Positions 26,591 to 39,774 of a stretch of 64,000 nt of DNA are shown piece by piece (the first letter of the stretch is position 1; each line of letters opens with the position of its first letter). The position numbers were made by a program, and so were the translations under genes. Source of the DNA: Phoronis australis (lineage: Eukaryota > Animalia > Phoronida); NCBI GenBank assembly GCA_002633005.1, contig NMRA01000050.1, forward strand, positions 4,160 to 68,159, in the 5' to 3' direction. The notes below the pieces were generated by a model. The model was not told the origin of the DNA and did not search any database. It worked only from the letters and a program-made list of their open reading frames with translations.

Positions 26591-27621
26591 GTAGGTAAAA
26601 CATTCCCTGTCAACGAAAACCACGTTTAGTGTTAAATTGACGACTGGAAGTAGAAAGAGGGGGAGCCGGGATAGTTGAACCAGACCTAACAAGGCTTACT
26701 TTAGCCATGCCAAACGCTGGGGGTAGTTATTTAACATTAAACGGAGGGTCATTAAACTTAATCAAAACATCAAAAAACGACCCTACTGAGAAGAAATGGA
26801 GACCTTTATGCGGTTAAACTATCTGATGGTGTTAAAACTCTTAGCTACTTGACTCCCTTAAAAACACCTTTTCAATATTGCTTGCTAACTGGACATTCTA
26901 TGTGCATTTCGGTTCAAATTTATATCAGTCTAAGACACTCGACAGCTTATAATGGGATTTTGAACAACAATCCTGAGCAAGCCAATACAGGGGTCCTTAG
27001 GGAAAGGTTTTAAATTCTGAACACTCGGATTCTTTTATACTGATATACCAAATGCTGTGTACAGGCTAGGTAATGAATGTCCATTAGTGCAGGTTCAAGC
27101 TAGACGCAAATGCACCATACGGTCACCTTAAGATACTTCGAATCAGTCGTTTGCGACAATCGTATATTTCTCAAGAAGAACGCTTTACGTTGGCCCTTCT
27201 GGTTAGCCACCCCCGCTCCTCTCAAGGCAAGGTTGCTTTCTGACTGACATTGTCGTTCTCGTCATTTTAAATGGGTGTCTAACACAATAAAGGTGATGAA
27301 TCGTGACGAAATTGAAACCGATGGAATTCACAGCAGCCGTGGAAAGCGTCTGTACAGAAACTTCAAAGGGAAATAACGCTTGTGTTGTAAAATTGTGGTT
27401 TGAATTGCGTATTTCAGCAGGTTAGTAAATTAAACTTGACGATCATTTCCAAATGTAGAGGTGTGAGTGCGAAAGAGAGAGCAACACTGAATTTAAAACA
27501 GACTCGAAAAAGAGATGGGTGGAATGTTAGGAATACCATTAAGTGTTGGTGTTCGTACGTCAGGAGTATCATGTTCTTTCACCAATGGTGGTTCATGTGT
27601 CATTGGTTTTCCCATTTTCAG

Positions 27622-27975
27622 ACGGTCCAAGCAAGGTGAACTTTTAGCAATGTGGGCTCCACCAAGGGGGAACTGGACTATTCGCAGAAGCGTTTTACCG
27701 CCCTGCCGGACACGAAATATGAGCTGGAATGTATGACCACCAATCTAAACCCATCAGCCAGTCTGAATTTTGAACACGATTTGCTGTCAGCAAAAAAATT
27801 ACAAGGCAACGTCTGAGCAGGCCACGAACCCAAATGGTTACATATTTCTGAGACGAATGGTTTTCATAGCTGATCCAAGTGACAACATGAAAACCGTCAC
27901 TGACATGTAACGCGGTAAATGATCGCGAACCAGCATTGTTCAAAGCAGCCTTTCGGATGTCTATTCATGTTTTGT
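27622..27975 (+). pseudogene. Ig exon 9 (multiple frameshifts; not apparent in the ORF track)
   Basis: ttcag|AC GGT CCA; pieces in three frames: GPSKVNF / KYELECMTTNLNPSASL / GYIFLRRMVFIADPSDN / LTCNAVNDREP...IHVL T|gtaagt. Confidence 0.75.
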
Positions 27976-28578
27976 GTAAGTATACCTTCCCATGTACACA
28001 CATACACCAAAAACAACTTAATTGAAAAAGGTGCAGGAAAAATGCGTTTTGACAGGCAAGTCTATTAATGAGAAAAGGCCAGGTTGTAGCAACATTGTTG
28101 GTTCCTCGTAAGCCTGCTTATTGATTCGGGATGGTCACGCGTCCACAGCATGAATATAGATGCATTTGCTACACGCAGTTTGCTGATTTGGTAATGTGGA
28201 TAAAGACAGGTGTGCAAATGTATTAACTAACACAGAAATAATGGTTATACCAAGTACCTGTATATCGTAATACTACTGCCATAACCTATCGAGAATTCAT
28301 TTCATATGGGAATGTCCTGATAATTCATCTTCATTCCCAGTCATATGCTAGAAAATTACACTGGCGGTGAATTCGACTTCCACTCACTTCTTGGTCATTT
28401 CCACTGAATACTTTTGGTTGGACTGTACATGTACACGAAATGTCGACGAGCTGGTACAATTTCAAAATTGGACACACATCATATGGGTTTGCTTACTACA
28501 AGTTCGGCGAAGCCCCAACAGCAATTCTCGCCTATTATTGTAGACATTGTCTAATTAAAATTCTCTCCTTTCATTTAG

Positions 28579-28917
28579 TTGGTCCGAAAGGGATTACATT
28601 TGCAGCGCTAGAAGGCGACCTTACTGTTAATTTCGATCGTTTCAATCTGGCGTTCACGGCCTTAGAAGGAACCAATGTTACAGTCCCATGCTCCACCGAC
28701 TCCGTTCACCGTAGTGTAGCGTGGCACTTAACGGCGCCATTCATCTTCACTTTCGCGGAGTCGAAGAAAGTAGGGCAAAATCGTGGAGACTTTCACTCAG
28801 TCGATATCACGTTCAAAGCTTCGCCTGAAAATAACAGGAAAAGATTGAGTTGTGGGGCGATAAATAAAGAGCACCCAAGGTTTAATGCAACCGACACGTT
28901 CATCGTAAACACTTGCT
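28579..28917 (+). CDS. Ig exon 10 (intact, 339 nt)
   Basis: tttag|TT GGT CCG; NVTVPCSTDSVHRSVAW...NNRKRLSCGAIN; donor T|gtatgt. Confidence 0.85.
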
Positions 28918-29932
28918 GTATGTACATGTACACACGACTCAGTTTACGCTGAGTGTAAATATTTTGATGTTTATGTTAAGTCGTCTCGTATTTCCTTGAG
29001 ATCGATATTTGAAATAATCTGATAATTTCTCAGTGTGCCAAAATGTGTGTACGTGACGATGAGACCTTTCTTTTTGTTGCTAGGAGGCTGGTGTGTCGTT
29101 ACAGTCACCATATTCCATTGTATTTGCTATGGAGCGAGATTATTCTACATGTAGCGTTAGTTAATTGCAAATTACAAATCGGTAGTCAATGCACAGATTT
29201 TAACACGCTTTGCGACAATGCTATAATTTTATTGTGACAGTGCATATCTCATGGTGCACACGTCCCACGGGGAAGGCAAAAAGCATTGCAGCTCTCGCTG
29301 CCACCTTTAAGCTGTTGGTTAACTCGTTTGGATACGTAAAGAATCATTAGTTAATCGGAAATCACTTAAAAAGGGCATACCGGCCACGGTAGAGAAAGCC
29401 TTTTTAGTGAGACTGTGTGATTAAGGAACCCTTTTGTTTGTCCATAACCTTCTTGACGTGCAAATTTTCTTAGTAACATGTGAGTTATACATGTATGTAT
29501 ACACCCTACGTAACGCTTATTTATTGAATTAAAATTACTTCAGAATTAGTAGTTGAAGGAATACGCAAGAGTCCGTCCCGTCAAATGCATGGTTTCTTTG
29601 GCAATTTGGCTGTGGCCTGAGTGACACGTCAGAAATACAGGCCCTCCTTCCAATAAAGAGCAAAGACAGCATAATCTTATAAAAAATATCTAGAAGTGCT
29701 GCCAGTATTTTGAAAATTTGTCATTAGCCCCGCCCCCCTTCTCGGCGCGATCTAGAGTAGCCAGTGACTAAATAATAACTAACAATGATTTTAATTTTCA
29801 ATTAGAGGGAGCACTGTCTACATTGAAGGCTAACAATAAGCTTGTACCACAATGCTTCATACGCTTCCGTTTGGAAATAACATTTCCTTATTCGTTTAAA
29901 ATATATCAACCTACACTTCCATATTTATCCAG

Positions 29933-30259
29933 TTGGACCAAAGGAAGTGGAACTGCGTACTACCGAAGGAATCGGCGTAGATGAAATGTATACTGTAAAA
30001 GGAGGCACATTCTTGTCAAAAAAGTGTATATCTGATATCGTCTATCCAGACCTTTCGATGACGTGGAGCGGATTGGAAGCTCATCAAGGCCCACTCTCAT
30101 GAACAGCTGGTATCAACCACGGCAAAGTCTATTCACGAGTTCTTATCTTGAAGGCGACCCCTTCCAGAAACTTGAAATCCTTTTGCTGCATCGCCGAAAA
30201 CACAGGCCTGTGTCATCCCAGGGTCAAAAGGACAGCAAGCGTCCAGCTCAATGTTACAT
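29933..30259 (+). pseudogene. Ig exon 11 (one in-frame TGA; 327 nt)
   Basis: tccag|TT GGA CCA; KKCISDIVYPDLSMTW...PLS*TAG (TGA 30100-30102)...SFCCIAEN...LNVT T|gtaaga. Confidence 0.8.
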
Positions 30260-30861
30260 GTAAGATAGGCGCAGATGTGGGAATGCTTACTTTGCATTAG
30301 TTAATAGTTAGAAGTCACTGAACGCTTCTCGCAGGCCTACATGTACTCTACTGTCTAATCTAAGTCGCATGAACGCAACGTCATCGCCAATGGTGTTAGG
30401 GAGTAATTGATATTTATGGGATGCAATCACCACCTGCTGCAGTGACATCCAGACGGAATATACTGTACACTTCCGAATAGACTGCCACCTTTAAAATCCA
30501 TTGCACACCCCTAACAATTATCTAACCTCACATGGGTCTCCATATTCTCCATATTCTCTTGTCCCTCATCTACATGTTGACTCATGTATAATTAAATACC
30601 AGGCAACGGTAAGAAAAACCGACACTAAAGGAAACTTAATCTAATTACGACGGTAGTATACTAAGTTGTTTTTGTGGCACGTTTGGAAGGCGGCAAGTCA
30701 AAGGTCATGGTTCATAGGTCAAATGTCACGTGTGTTGGGTGTAACCGGACGTCATTCGCCACCTGAAGGAAATGACAATGACGTCACAAATCAATGCGTA
30801 ATAAGTTTGATTGAACCGGTAGAAGAGGGACTTCGATCCAAGGTCAAGGTCATGCCTGTAA

Positions 30862-31022
30862 CCTGGCGTGCGTTCAGTAACGCTAGGACCTACGCTAGGA
30901 CCTAAAACTTAATCCAACCAAAGTCACGTGTTCCTATTGAAAGTACACGACAATATCTCACGTAAAGATCCCGTGAAGTCTTGCTTTTTAGCGAGGTCCT
31001 GGCGTTACTGAACGGGAAGCTG
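30862..31022. mobile_element. Small MITE inserted in the left Polinton terminus
   Basis: Inverted ends cgttcagtaacgctaggacct / aggtcctggcgttactgaacg; absent from the right terminus; a partial copy lies at 52918-52987. Confidence 0.6.
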
Positions 31023-31569
31023 AACTTGTCGCTATACCGGAAAAAATGAGGTCGAATCGGAAGTCACGTGACTGCTGACTTTATAAAGTAGGTTAGGGTG
31101 TGCCAATGTCCACCACCCGGATGATCTAAAACACGTGTAATATTAAGTTTGTAGAGTTCATCTGATCGAGAGTGGAAACAAAGTAGGGATAATGCTGCGT
31201 ACTGAAGAACAAAATGTTGATTACCTTATTAAGCGTCGTTGTTTCCCTTTGTTCTCTCGTGTCTGGCAACAACAGATGTCGCGTATTCCTAACCGTTAAA
31301 GGTACTAATATGGGGATATTTTAACCACCTAACACAACACTACGTATATCTAACCCGTGAAAGGTAAAGAAGGAGACATTTGTCATAACCTAAAATGGAA
31401 CATATACCTAATACTGCTTAGTCGTGTATTAATAACAAAGCATATTCAAAACACTACAAAAACCACCAATGAAGGCGTTTAATTATCTGTACAAGTGGTA
31501 AATCATAAAATGTCCAAAGTCCTGAAATAAATGTTCAAGAGTCCAGTGGTGACAATGTGGGATAAATTT

Positions 31570-32053
31570 ACACTGTAGGTGAATGCACAACTCTCTTGCG
31601 GATAGGTATACATGGTTTTATCACCACCTAACCGAAATCCTATGGTCAGAGTAGAGCTACCCTTTATGGTGTGTAACATTTTGAGATACCTCGCCTTATC
31701 GATTTCATTTCTGTGACGTAATTCTTCACAGCTAAAATGAGATTTACGGTTGTCCCTCTCTAAAGCTTCTCGTTTGTCGGGTTTATTCACGTCCTCTAGA
31801 CAGTTACCGGATATGGCCAAGTACACAGAGTCTGTGTGCATCTCGCAATATTTGAAATTGGATCTGTCAACAAATCATAACATGAAGTCGCACTAAAACT
31901 ACGACATACGCAACTTCGCGTACTGATATACAAAGAAGTCTATATAAAGCGGCAGGTTCTAGCGGATGGTCTTCCTTTTCATCCCCATTTCGTAGGTTCA
32001 GTCCCCGATGTAGTTGATCTGTACTAATTCCGGGAACTGGACCTCCCATTGAG
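31570..32053 (-). pseudogene. Polinton pPolB C-terminal fragment
   Basis: NLPLYIDFFVYQYAKLRM, FKYCEMHTDSVYLAISG (degenerate motif C, DTDS) and GFRLGGDKTMYTYPQ on the - strand; several stops. Confidence 0.8.
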
Positions 32054-32164
32054 CATGCGCGCACCCATGGAGGGAGGCTCGGAAGGCTCGAACGAGCACC
32101 CCATTTGAGCGTCTCGGTATTCCGAATCACTTAACGATATTATCACAGAATGGAACAGACCAAA

Positions 32165-32373
32165 ATGCATCCACTGGGAAGGAACATATTTGTAACCGTG
32201 CAGGACTTCAATGGTCGTAAAGTGGTACGCATTCGATGTTATGACAAACTTTGAAGACAACTCACGACCAGGCATACTTGTTTCTACAAAGACCAGAATT
32301 TGTCTCATTGACGGTGAATATCAGAAACTTAGGGTATTCGTTGAGATCGTTAACGAAGACCTAGAGACGTAAA
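32165..32373 (+). pseudogene. PC4-like ssDNA-binding domain gene fragment inside the Polinton
   Basis: MHPLGRNIFVTVQDFNGRKVVRIRCYD[fs]...LVSTKTRICLIDGEYQKLRVFVEIVNEDL parallels the PC4/Sub1 pattern IGKxRYVSVRDFKGKxxIDIREY...KGISL..EQW..L. Confidence 0.6.
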
Positions 32374-33479
32374 GCGACCACTCCCCCAAACCTACCTGTG
32401 TTGAATCCAGCGCATGGAACAGAGAACACAGGCATGTTTGAAATACGGAATTGGACCGGCAGCCAAAACACTTTTGAACCGAAGTGACCGAGCTGGTGAT
32501 ATAGAAGGAGGAAGTAACATAACACGACAACAGACGGTGAATGGAACTGCTGAGAGACACTGAATTTAATGCATCTGATTTACTCTGTACTGATCTGAGT
32601 ACGGGTCCGATTAGCAGTGGACTAGTTTAGATGTGATTATCGTGTAATAAAGAAAGTGATGAAATCTTTTTCATTGTTTTCTTACCCTATTGCATTTATC
32701 CAGCGAGCTGCGCTATTACGTGCTGGCGTTGCGCACTCTCCGCCTCCCGGTGTTGCCGCCCCACCATCTCTCTCCGTACATGTGGGACACTCTCCGTTTG
32801 TGTTGCTGAATCGGTGGAGCCCTCTAATGCAGCGGGGGTGAATCCCAATTTCAGTCTGTTTCGGAGGCGTTCCGAAGAACCGGTCGGGGGATCTTTCGTC
32901 AAGAGCACTCGCACGCAGCACGGGTGATGATAATCGATCCCCCATTTCACCTCCAGTAGTGATATGAAAATGTTCGTTATCCTGCGATGCTGACCGAAAT
33001 CATAGGCGGTGGAAAATTTGCATGCATGGCACTCCAACAGACAAACGAAACTTTCAATTATTGCGTCGTAGTTCAGGTTCAGACCCAGCGAGAAAAGGTT
33101 CGTGCAATCCACTGTATGGTTCATCAGTGCATGACTGTGATCTTGCGATCAATTCCTGTAAGGTATGCGACAAATTTAGACACAGCAAACGAGTTGATTT
33201 GCCACATTTCGGCGCCTGTGGGTCAACTCGTTAGATGGTGTGGAACATGAAACCCAGCAATCCAGCCGCGAACCCTATATTCTTGGTCTCGGTCACGGAG
33301 AAACACAGGATGTGAACGCCACTGTGAGTCTTCAACGTCACTGTCATGGTTCTATAATAAAAAAATTCCAGTCAAAGAATATGATTATGCTGTTACTTAT
33401 ATATTACCGTTTATCTGAGAATGTTTGTCATAAATAGTCTTTTGTTGTCCTTTTGTCTAAACCCATACAAACTTGTTAT

Positions 33480-35135
33480 CGCTCGCACCTTTGGTTCACT
33501 CTGTCACGAGATACAACGCAGCATGAAGTTTTTGAAGGTGTACTAGACGACTGAAGAGAAAGGTTTTTCCCTACTGATATAAGATAATTTGGGTAAACTA
33601 GAGGAAACGGCTCAACCACCTCAAGCGGCTTTCTACAGCAGTTTCACGGAAGAGCAATAAGCGACGAAGATTACACCCTCTGTCGTAAGGCATGGACAGA
33701 CAACATCACGAGTCTGAAAGATTTATGATGTGGCACAAAAACATCGGCACCAGACCCATGCTGAAAGCTGTCGATACCATGGCGGCGTCCTACAGGGAAG
33801 AAGGTGTTGACCTCTTCAAAGATGGCATCAGCGTGCCCGGACTGACCATAAAGATTCTCTTAAAAAATCGGTAACGTATTCTTTTCTTTGTTTGAGGATA
33901 AAACAAAGACTTCTACTATACCTTAAAACAGAATATCGTCGGAGGTGCTAGTAGGCCTATTGTTTTCCACGTGTACCACGGAAACGGAATGACGTTTATG
34001 CGCCAAAGGGACATAAAGAAAGTGGAAAATGACCAAAAAGGGTTCAAAGATCCTGGGTTTCGATATAAATGCTATTTACCTTTACAGCATCGTGAACGAG
34101 CAACCGACTGGACCATTTATTCGTCGTAGGCAAGAAAACAATTTTCAACGAGAGCTTTCCCACGCTAAAGCACCAAAGGCAATTGCTTGGTTGGATTACG
34201 TAGCGTGGCAACGCGGAATCAGTATTCGTCACCAGTTCAAAGGGGTTGAAAAAAGAGTGGGTCAGCGTCGAATTCCAGGGACGGTTTCTGTCGTCAGTCA
34301 CACAAAGTGTTCCAGTTCCAAGGATGTTACTGGCACGGCCACGACAGTAGTCTCACGAGAAAAGATGACGGATCTCCGAGGGTGAGGAACGAAACCCAAA
34401 ACGTCGCCATGAGTGAGCTCATGGAGAACACCAGAAAGATTAGAGACTATATCATCGATCAAGGCTTCAATTACGAAGAGATCTGTAAGTGCTATGTTTA
34501 GGAATTGAAACGGTCACACCCTAAGAAGACGAGAGTTACCCACGGAACAATTATACAGCTTGACGGCGAACAATAAGTAAAGACATTTATTCTAGACGGT
34601 ACAATGCTCGGAGTTGTGAAATGCGACATCGAAGTCCCGAGGCCACTGAGAGAGCAGTTATCAGAAATGCAACAAATATGTAGACTTGAGCAGAGACGAC
34701 ATAGAAGACTTTATTCGGGAGTATGTTAAGAAAAACAAAGCCATGAGCCAACCACGACGATTTCTAGTGGGAAGTTTTATTCGGTGAGAAATATCTGTTG
34801 AAAACCCCGCTTCCGAATGGCACTTGGAACACTGCTTGCAGGAGAAAGCAAACATTCATCAAGAAATCGAATTCACTCCCGTGAAATGTTTTAATTAGGA
34901 AGTCAGCGACGCTAGGCGGTAAGGGGACAAAGACAAAAACAAAGCTATTGTAGCACAGATCATGAAACATATAGGTAACATGGTGCGTTTTAAGACGGTA
35001 ACGAATCAAGAAAGGCATCGTGACGTCAAGTACTGCGGAGAGGCTAAGGCTCAACGAGAGGTCCAGTTCCCGGAATTTAGACATGCTGACTAAATCGGGG
35101 ACGGAACTTACGAAATGGAGATGAAAAATAGGCCT
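33480..35135 (+). pseudogene. Polinton pPolB central fragment
   Basis: DLFKDGISVPGL; NIVGGAS; motif A GFDINAIYL; PTGP; inserted nuclease-like QFQGCYWHGH; KCDIEVP; motif B DARR*GD...IMKHIGN. Many frameshifts and stops. Confidence 0.85.
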
Positions 35136-37086
35136 ACACGTTTAAACAATATTGAGTTTATGTTCTGTTTTAGGTCATCACAATGTCTCGTTATTTACCT
35201 TTCAAGGGTTGTACATACATGTACGCGCCACACCTGTTGTTGAGTTAGGTAGTTACAATATCCGCTTATTAGTATCCTTCACGGGTTAGGAATACGTGAC
35301 ATCTGTTGTTGAGAGATACGAGAGAACAAAGGGAAAAAACAAAGATGACAGGTGGCGCAAGCAAATCAAGGGAATCAACCTTTTATTCTTATTCAATACG
35401 CGCCATAATCCCCATTTTGTTTCCACTTTCTACCAGTTGAAGTCTACAAAGACAACGTATTCTATGTCTTTTTAGAACATCCGAGTGGTGGACGGTGCCA
35501 CACCTTAACTACCTGATGATGTCAGCAGTCAGGTGTCTTCTGATTCGACCTCGGTTTCCTTCCATTTTACCGACAACTTTTGGGTACACGCATGATCTCG
35601 AACTTGGATCGAGGTCCTTCTCCACATAACGCTTAATCGTCGTGAGAGACCGTCCGGAGTTGGTACATGGTGCAACTCCGGGTGGTCTGGGGTCTGCAGA
35701 AAACCACAATTTAACTGTGAGTCTACACCAACTGAATGTGATAAACGAGAGAAGTTCTACTTGCTGCGTCAGCTGCTGGTATGCTTACCTCTTTTATAAT
35801 ACACATTGTGTGACTGGGCAAAGCGTTTTCAAAATAATGTGGATAAATCAGTGAAGTGTGAGACCCCTGAGGTCCCTGTCAAGTCCTCACGACAATCCTA
35901 CGTTATGCACCGGTTCATTTGAACCTATTACGTAATTATTTGTAAAGTCATTGCCACTTCCTTCCGGTAGGTGGAATATGTCCCTTCCGTATATCTATCA
36001 CACGTGACCTTTGATCTATGACCTTTGACATAGGCGCCTTCCAGACGTGCCACTAAAACAAGTTACTATATACTAGGCCTACTCACGAAACTAAGCATCG
36101 TGACAGCCCGATAGCTTCAACAACATCAAAAAATTTTTGAATACCATATCAATGACTGTAGTTCTGTTGTACGCAATAATAATAATTTTTAACGGGTACG
36201 CTGCAAGATACCGTAGAATATTTCTGAAGTGACCAATTTTGCCCAAAATATAATGTTGCGCATTTTCAGGACGTAATCAGAAATTGCATAGGCTTGGTCT
36301 GAAAAGTTAACGGACTCCAAGTTGTTTCCGAGTGTATGTACCATTTGTAAACTGAATAAAGACGAAGACAAGGCCAGTGTCATATTAGCAACTGACCAAA
36401 AAAGAGACTTTTTGTTGTTTTTGACTGAAAGTAAAATATTTCATACCGCATTAAAGATGACCCTTACCTTTCCATTTTTGGTCAGTATTTTTGGTTGAAA
36501 TCACAATCCTTCAAGACACATAATTAACTTCGATATTGTGTTTACGTTTGTGCCTGTTAAGGCAAACCAGTGCCATTGATTATGACCGGGATCTGATTCA
36601 AGTCGTGCCTTTAGTGATCAATCCGCCATATTCTACCTGTCTGCGTAGGCGGAACATCTACATTTTTAGGCAATTACAAGCAAAACAAAAAGACTTGGAA
36701 AAAGTGATCTTGCACCCAGTCCAATCCCTTAAGCTGTCAGTTCAAGTCTCAAAGGAATTTACGACAAATTTGATATCATTATTTGAATTTAAATACGGAA
36801 TGCATCACAAAACACACTAACAATGACCTATAGATTCCGGAAGTCTTAAAACGACTGTTTGGCGGTTCTGCACAGGATTCAAGGTAATTGAATGTCCACC
36901 AATTGGTTTTGAATACTTACTACATAGAATGCCACCCGATTTAATTAGTCTTTTTGCCGTCTTAATTGGTCTATATCCACGTCGCCTCGTATGTGGTCGA
37001 CCTTACCTTGCCAAGAGGTGTCGCGTTAACCTGTGAGGAAGGTGAGAAACGACACTAGCGACGTCAGTGGTTCATTTGCAGAGTGA

Positions 37087-37270
37087 ATGCCGCTATGTTG
37101 CGGTGCATGGTTCCCGCTTGTCCGAACTACATGTAAGCAGCCGCGAGGAAAGCGGGTACATCGTTTTTGTTTCACTTCCTCGAGAGTCCAAAATACTTAG
37201 GAAGTGGCTCATGGTAATGAAGAATGAAATGTATGAGGCCGTGAAACATCTCCGTGTCTGTGGCCTGCAG
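37087..37270 (+). mobile_element. Degenerate THAP-domain remnant
   Basis: FVSLPRESKILRKWLMVMKNE...HLRVCGL matches the THAP P...W...RVCxxH core; N-terminus frameshifted. Confidence 0.6.
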
Positions 37271-38685
37271 ACGTCGACAGTGCCTGACGAATGCCGGCGT
37301 ACCAAATAACACCATACGTTCCGTTGTCTGAGATTGTTCACGGCGCCTCTCTAGTATTTATCATGTTCATCACTGTATTCCTGTTCGAATTGATAGCCTG
37401 TAAAACTTAACGATCCACCTGCAAAGTCGGGACTGATGAGCTCTAGCTCGTCCTAAGTCGGGATTCCTACTTGCCATGTTGGCGTTTATTATTGAGCGTT
37501 CTGTTTCAAAATGAATTATTCTCACCCTAACCAATACTTATATAAAACTGTAACGAAGTCTGTCTAATTAGATGCAATTTGTAATGCCTTTAGAGTGTTC
37601 GTGAGTGCAAATGATTTGAAAAGCCAGCAATGAATAAATCACTGCGTTACCGGCTTTAGGTGCAATAAAACTAACTGACGGGTCACCGAGGCCGCCGGTG
37701 TGAGCTCAGGCTAATTTAGTGTTTGCTGGCAGAAACTGTTGTGAAATAACTCGATTTCCATCCCACGGCCAGGTGTTAGGGGAATCTTAATTTATTTACA
37801 TTTACATTACTCAAATAATGATTGTCACTGTACAACTTCTGCCCTGACGGTGCTGTGGCCTAAGCGGAACCTGAATTCGCAGTCCCCGACGAATAAGTTG
37901 ATTTGCAGTTTCGTGGCTAAATCACCTACATAATCAGGTGCACATTACTTTGGCTCACTAGTATAGTATTTTCTTGACTGGAAGTTTAGTTTCCACTGAA
38001 CTCTGGCTGGTTTATGTTCTTGATGTCTGATCAGTTTCCGAGCCACTGCCCGGGATAACGAGTCAATCCTGCCGGCCGCGACGGGCCTGATCCGGCTCAG
38101 AGCCACTGGCCAGGATAACAAGCGTTTTGTGTTTAGAACTCAAAAAATCACAAGTCTAAACAACACAGATCTAGGTTCTCCTGTCTGTATCTTACGGAAA
38201 ATACTTCGAAATTATCTCCGAACAGACCCCAAACTCCTGCTACGGACCTTATTGGCCTGCCGAACTTTGTAGGTTACGGTGTGTCCAAATATCAGTAAAT
38301 CCGTAACAGCGAAATAAAACAACACGTTTTTATAAGAACTCGGTGTAATTTTGAGGGTTTTACATCGAAGTTTGATGACTTATTGGTGTTAAACGATGAC
38401 TTCAAGCGACAAGCTGGCACCAGTAACCCGTGCTGTGAACTGCTGAACAGACTGCTTGTGAAACCGATGACGTCATTGGATAATTTCAACACCTCCGTCT
38501 GCCGTCAGGTGTCAGGTAACGCAACCGCACGTGTCGTAATGGAGTAGAACTACTCGATCTAAATTGATACAACATAGGTTGTTTTTTGGGGTGGCGTATT
38601 TCTTTAAGAAAATAATTCGTATAACCAGTCCAACACATTGGACCTGTAGTAGCCAAATCCTTACAAATGCATACGTGTATAGGCA

Positions 38686-38958
38686 CAGTCGCGGATCCAG
38701 GATTTTGAGTTAGGGGTGGTGGCAGGGCACAGGAATAACCAGAATTTCGCCACATGCGCGCGCCCAGCCTGAAATGTAGGCATGCAGGGGTCTCGAATTT
38801 TTGGGTTTGTGGACCTTACTACTAAAAAAACGGCAAATGGGGTTTGTTCAAGGCATATGCTGGTCAGCAATTCGCACCCCGAACTGCCAAATGGTATCTG
38901 GGAGAATTTTAGGGGGCCATGGCCCCCTTGCCCAGCCCCCCCCCTAAATCGGCCACTG
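38686..38958. mobile_element. MITE-like repeat, family B
   Basis: cagtcgcggatccagg ... cctaaatcggccactg inverted termini. Confidence 0.65.
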
Positions 38959-39438
38959 AGCCATACCAAAAATCAAGTACGTAGGCAGGTTCAATTGATA
39001 AAACATGGCTCTTTTCATATCAGGTCCTAGTTCACGATGAAAAGTCGTTATTACAGGCATACCGGCATTGTAAGAGGTCTGGAAGGGCCATTGGACTGGT
39101 CTCGGGCATTCAAAAAGGCCACAATAATAGTCCTGAAAAGCTTGTCAACGAGTTTGAGCTTTAAAGTTTTGAAGATTGACTTTTCATTAGTTTACTGTGA
39201 ATTGAATGAACAGATCAAAAACGTAAAATAGCCGCATGAGAGGTCGATCGAAACAGAAGGACAATCTTTAAGTGTATAGCGATTAGAAAGTTTAGCTACA
39301 TATAGTGTCGAGGAGTTTTTCAAACTTAACCGATTTGATCATTGTGCTGGGACACTCAACAAATTTCTCTATTCTGGTCATTTGTTCTGGAATGTTTAAT
39401 ATATGGAAACGAGTCGTGCATGTTATCTTCAATTTCAG

Positions 39439-39774
39439 TCGGTCCTTATACTGTGAAGCTCAATGCATACAATTCCACCATTCAAAATCGAGACGGGCAT
39501 AGCATCCTCCACATCAATGTCGGTTACATAGGAGCTATCACCTGCACAACGGACAGCGTGAATCCGAAAGCAGGTGTTCAATGGCTACCGCAAGACTTTG
39601 GGCAACATGGAGATATGAGTAGCGAACTTAGCTCAAATGAAGGTAGAACGTTTACCAGAAGCATATCATTCGAATCTAGCCTGGAAATGAACACGAAGGT
39701 TATCACGTGCAGGGCATGGAACTTTGGAGACACGTCTCTGGAGATTGCTCAAAACCTGACGATTCACACACTGT
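39439..39774 (+). CDS. Ig exon 12 (intact, 336 nt)
   Basis: ttcag|TC GGT CCT; AITCTTDSVNPKAGVQW...NTKVITCRAWN; donor T|gtaagt. Confidence 0.85.

Larger units (their letters stand above)
30655..36074. mobile_element. Polinton/Maverick relic with long inverted termini
   Basis: Termini AGTATA...TATACT; ~30655-31345 is an imperfect inverse of ~35230-36074; interior holds protein-primed polymerase B fragments. No TSD found. Confidence 0.85.
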
